Assembly: GCF_006345805.1 (NCBI RefSeq)
Contig: NC_043009.1
Coordinates: 32,736,001-32,800,000 of the forward strand
Source: Octopus sinensis
Taxonomy: Eukaryota
Direction: 5' to 3'
DNA: 64,000 nucleotides
Part shown: positions 63,058-64,000 of the stretch, one piece after another
Layout of the letters: each line of letters begins with the position of its first letter
Numbering within the stretch: the stretch's first letter is position 1
The notes under the pieces: model-generated
What the model saw: the letters and a program-made list of their open reading frames with translations, nothing else
Database searches by the model: none
Told to the model about the DNA's origin: nothing
Program-made: the position numbers and the translations under genes

Positions 63058-63215
63058 AAAGAAACCGCTTACTAAAAATTAAAGCGAAAGCTTCAAAACA
63101 CCACCAATTCTACGATAAATACACACACGAGCAATGTAATGAATATTTTAAATTCCATCCTGAAGGTGGGTTTTTTTTAAAGCTTTTGCTTTGATTTTTA
63201 GTAAGCAGTATCTTT
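63058..63215. repeat. ~50-bp-arm imperfect inverted repeat
   Basis: aaagaaaccgcttactaaaaattaaagcgaaagcttcaaaacaccacc versus reverse complement aaagatactgcttactaaaaatcaaagcaaaagctttaaaaaaaacccacc. Confidence 0.8.
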
Positions 63216-63334
63216 TTAGCAAGCGGTATCTTCTTTTTTTTTTCAAATATTTCATATTATACCTGTTTAGGTAGACGTCTTACTAGCCACCTCATTATTA
63301 CTGCTTTTAACAGTAATAATACTTCACATATTTA

Positions 63335-63380
<46 letters not shown>

Positions 63381-64000
63381 CAGATATATATATTATATAT
63401 ATATATATGTATATGTCTATGTATGTATGTATAACATATATATCTATGTATATATAAATAAATAGATTTTGATTAACCAATTGAGTAACGGTTTTGTTCT
63501 TTTTACATTCGGTGTTTCTAGCGTCTCCCTTGCTCCAGGATGTTACAGTAAGCTATGAACATGTGCAAGGTCTAGCTCTAATTCATTTGTATCTTTTTTT
63601 GTGAAGCATTTGATCTCACGCTGCTTAAGAATACTAGCCTGTAATGAACAACACACGATGATTGTTGCAGACCTCTCTTTCTATCTCTCCAAATGTCACA
63701 GCCTCGATGTTTATCTTAGTCAAAATTGAAGCGGCTCAGATGTTGTCTGTTTCTATTGCCAGTATGTAGCCACCCACAACAATTTGTAAAAGCCTAGTAG
63801 TTCGTGCTACTAGGTAATATTCGGCTAAGATTGGCAACGATATGTTTTTATTAATGAAAATATATGCAGTGTAACCTTAAAGAAGTACTAAATCTCTCGA
63901 TGTGAACTTGTTAAAATGATATAGTTAACACCTGAAATGTGAGAGACTTATGGAATGCATTAACGACCATCAAAATAGGATTTCATGTTCCTTAATAAAT

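Overview
AT-rich, microsatellite-saturated eukaryotic DNA, intronic or intergenic. The SINE families, Dong/R4 and Penelope-like retroelements and repeat style point to an octopus (coleoid cephalopod) genome; this taxon call is inference. No host protein-coding gene is recognisable. Almost all ORFs in the track are microsatellite translations or decayed transposon fragments, though two weak, phase-compatible minus-strand exon candidates exist (5709-5813 and 1647 downwards). The window holds three tRNA-derived SINE families (about 18 copies), Dong/R4 LINE pieces, DD37D and DD34D Tc1/mariner relics, a hAT relic, RTE and CR1 fragments, and many Penelope-like (PLE) termini. The main discovery is hidden RNA structure: several unrelated families of type I hammerhead ribozyme (HHR) motifs, mostly with self-complementary stem III, lie in the PLE-type repeats. 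Two tandem ~335-bp units (61920-63027) each carry a core-intact HHR with an unusual ~70-nt structured loop II. A composite element at 34665-35038 puts a tRNA-like Pol III promoter directly upstream of a core-intact HHR, inside inverted repeats. Several long near-perfect fold-backs are also present. All alignments and folds were done by eye; boundaries of decayed elements are approximate.
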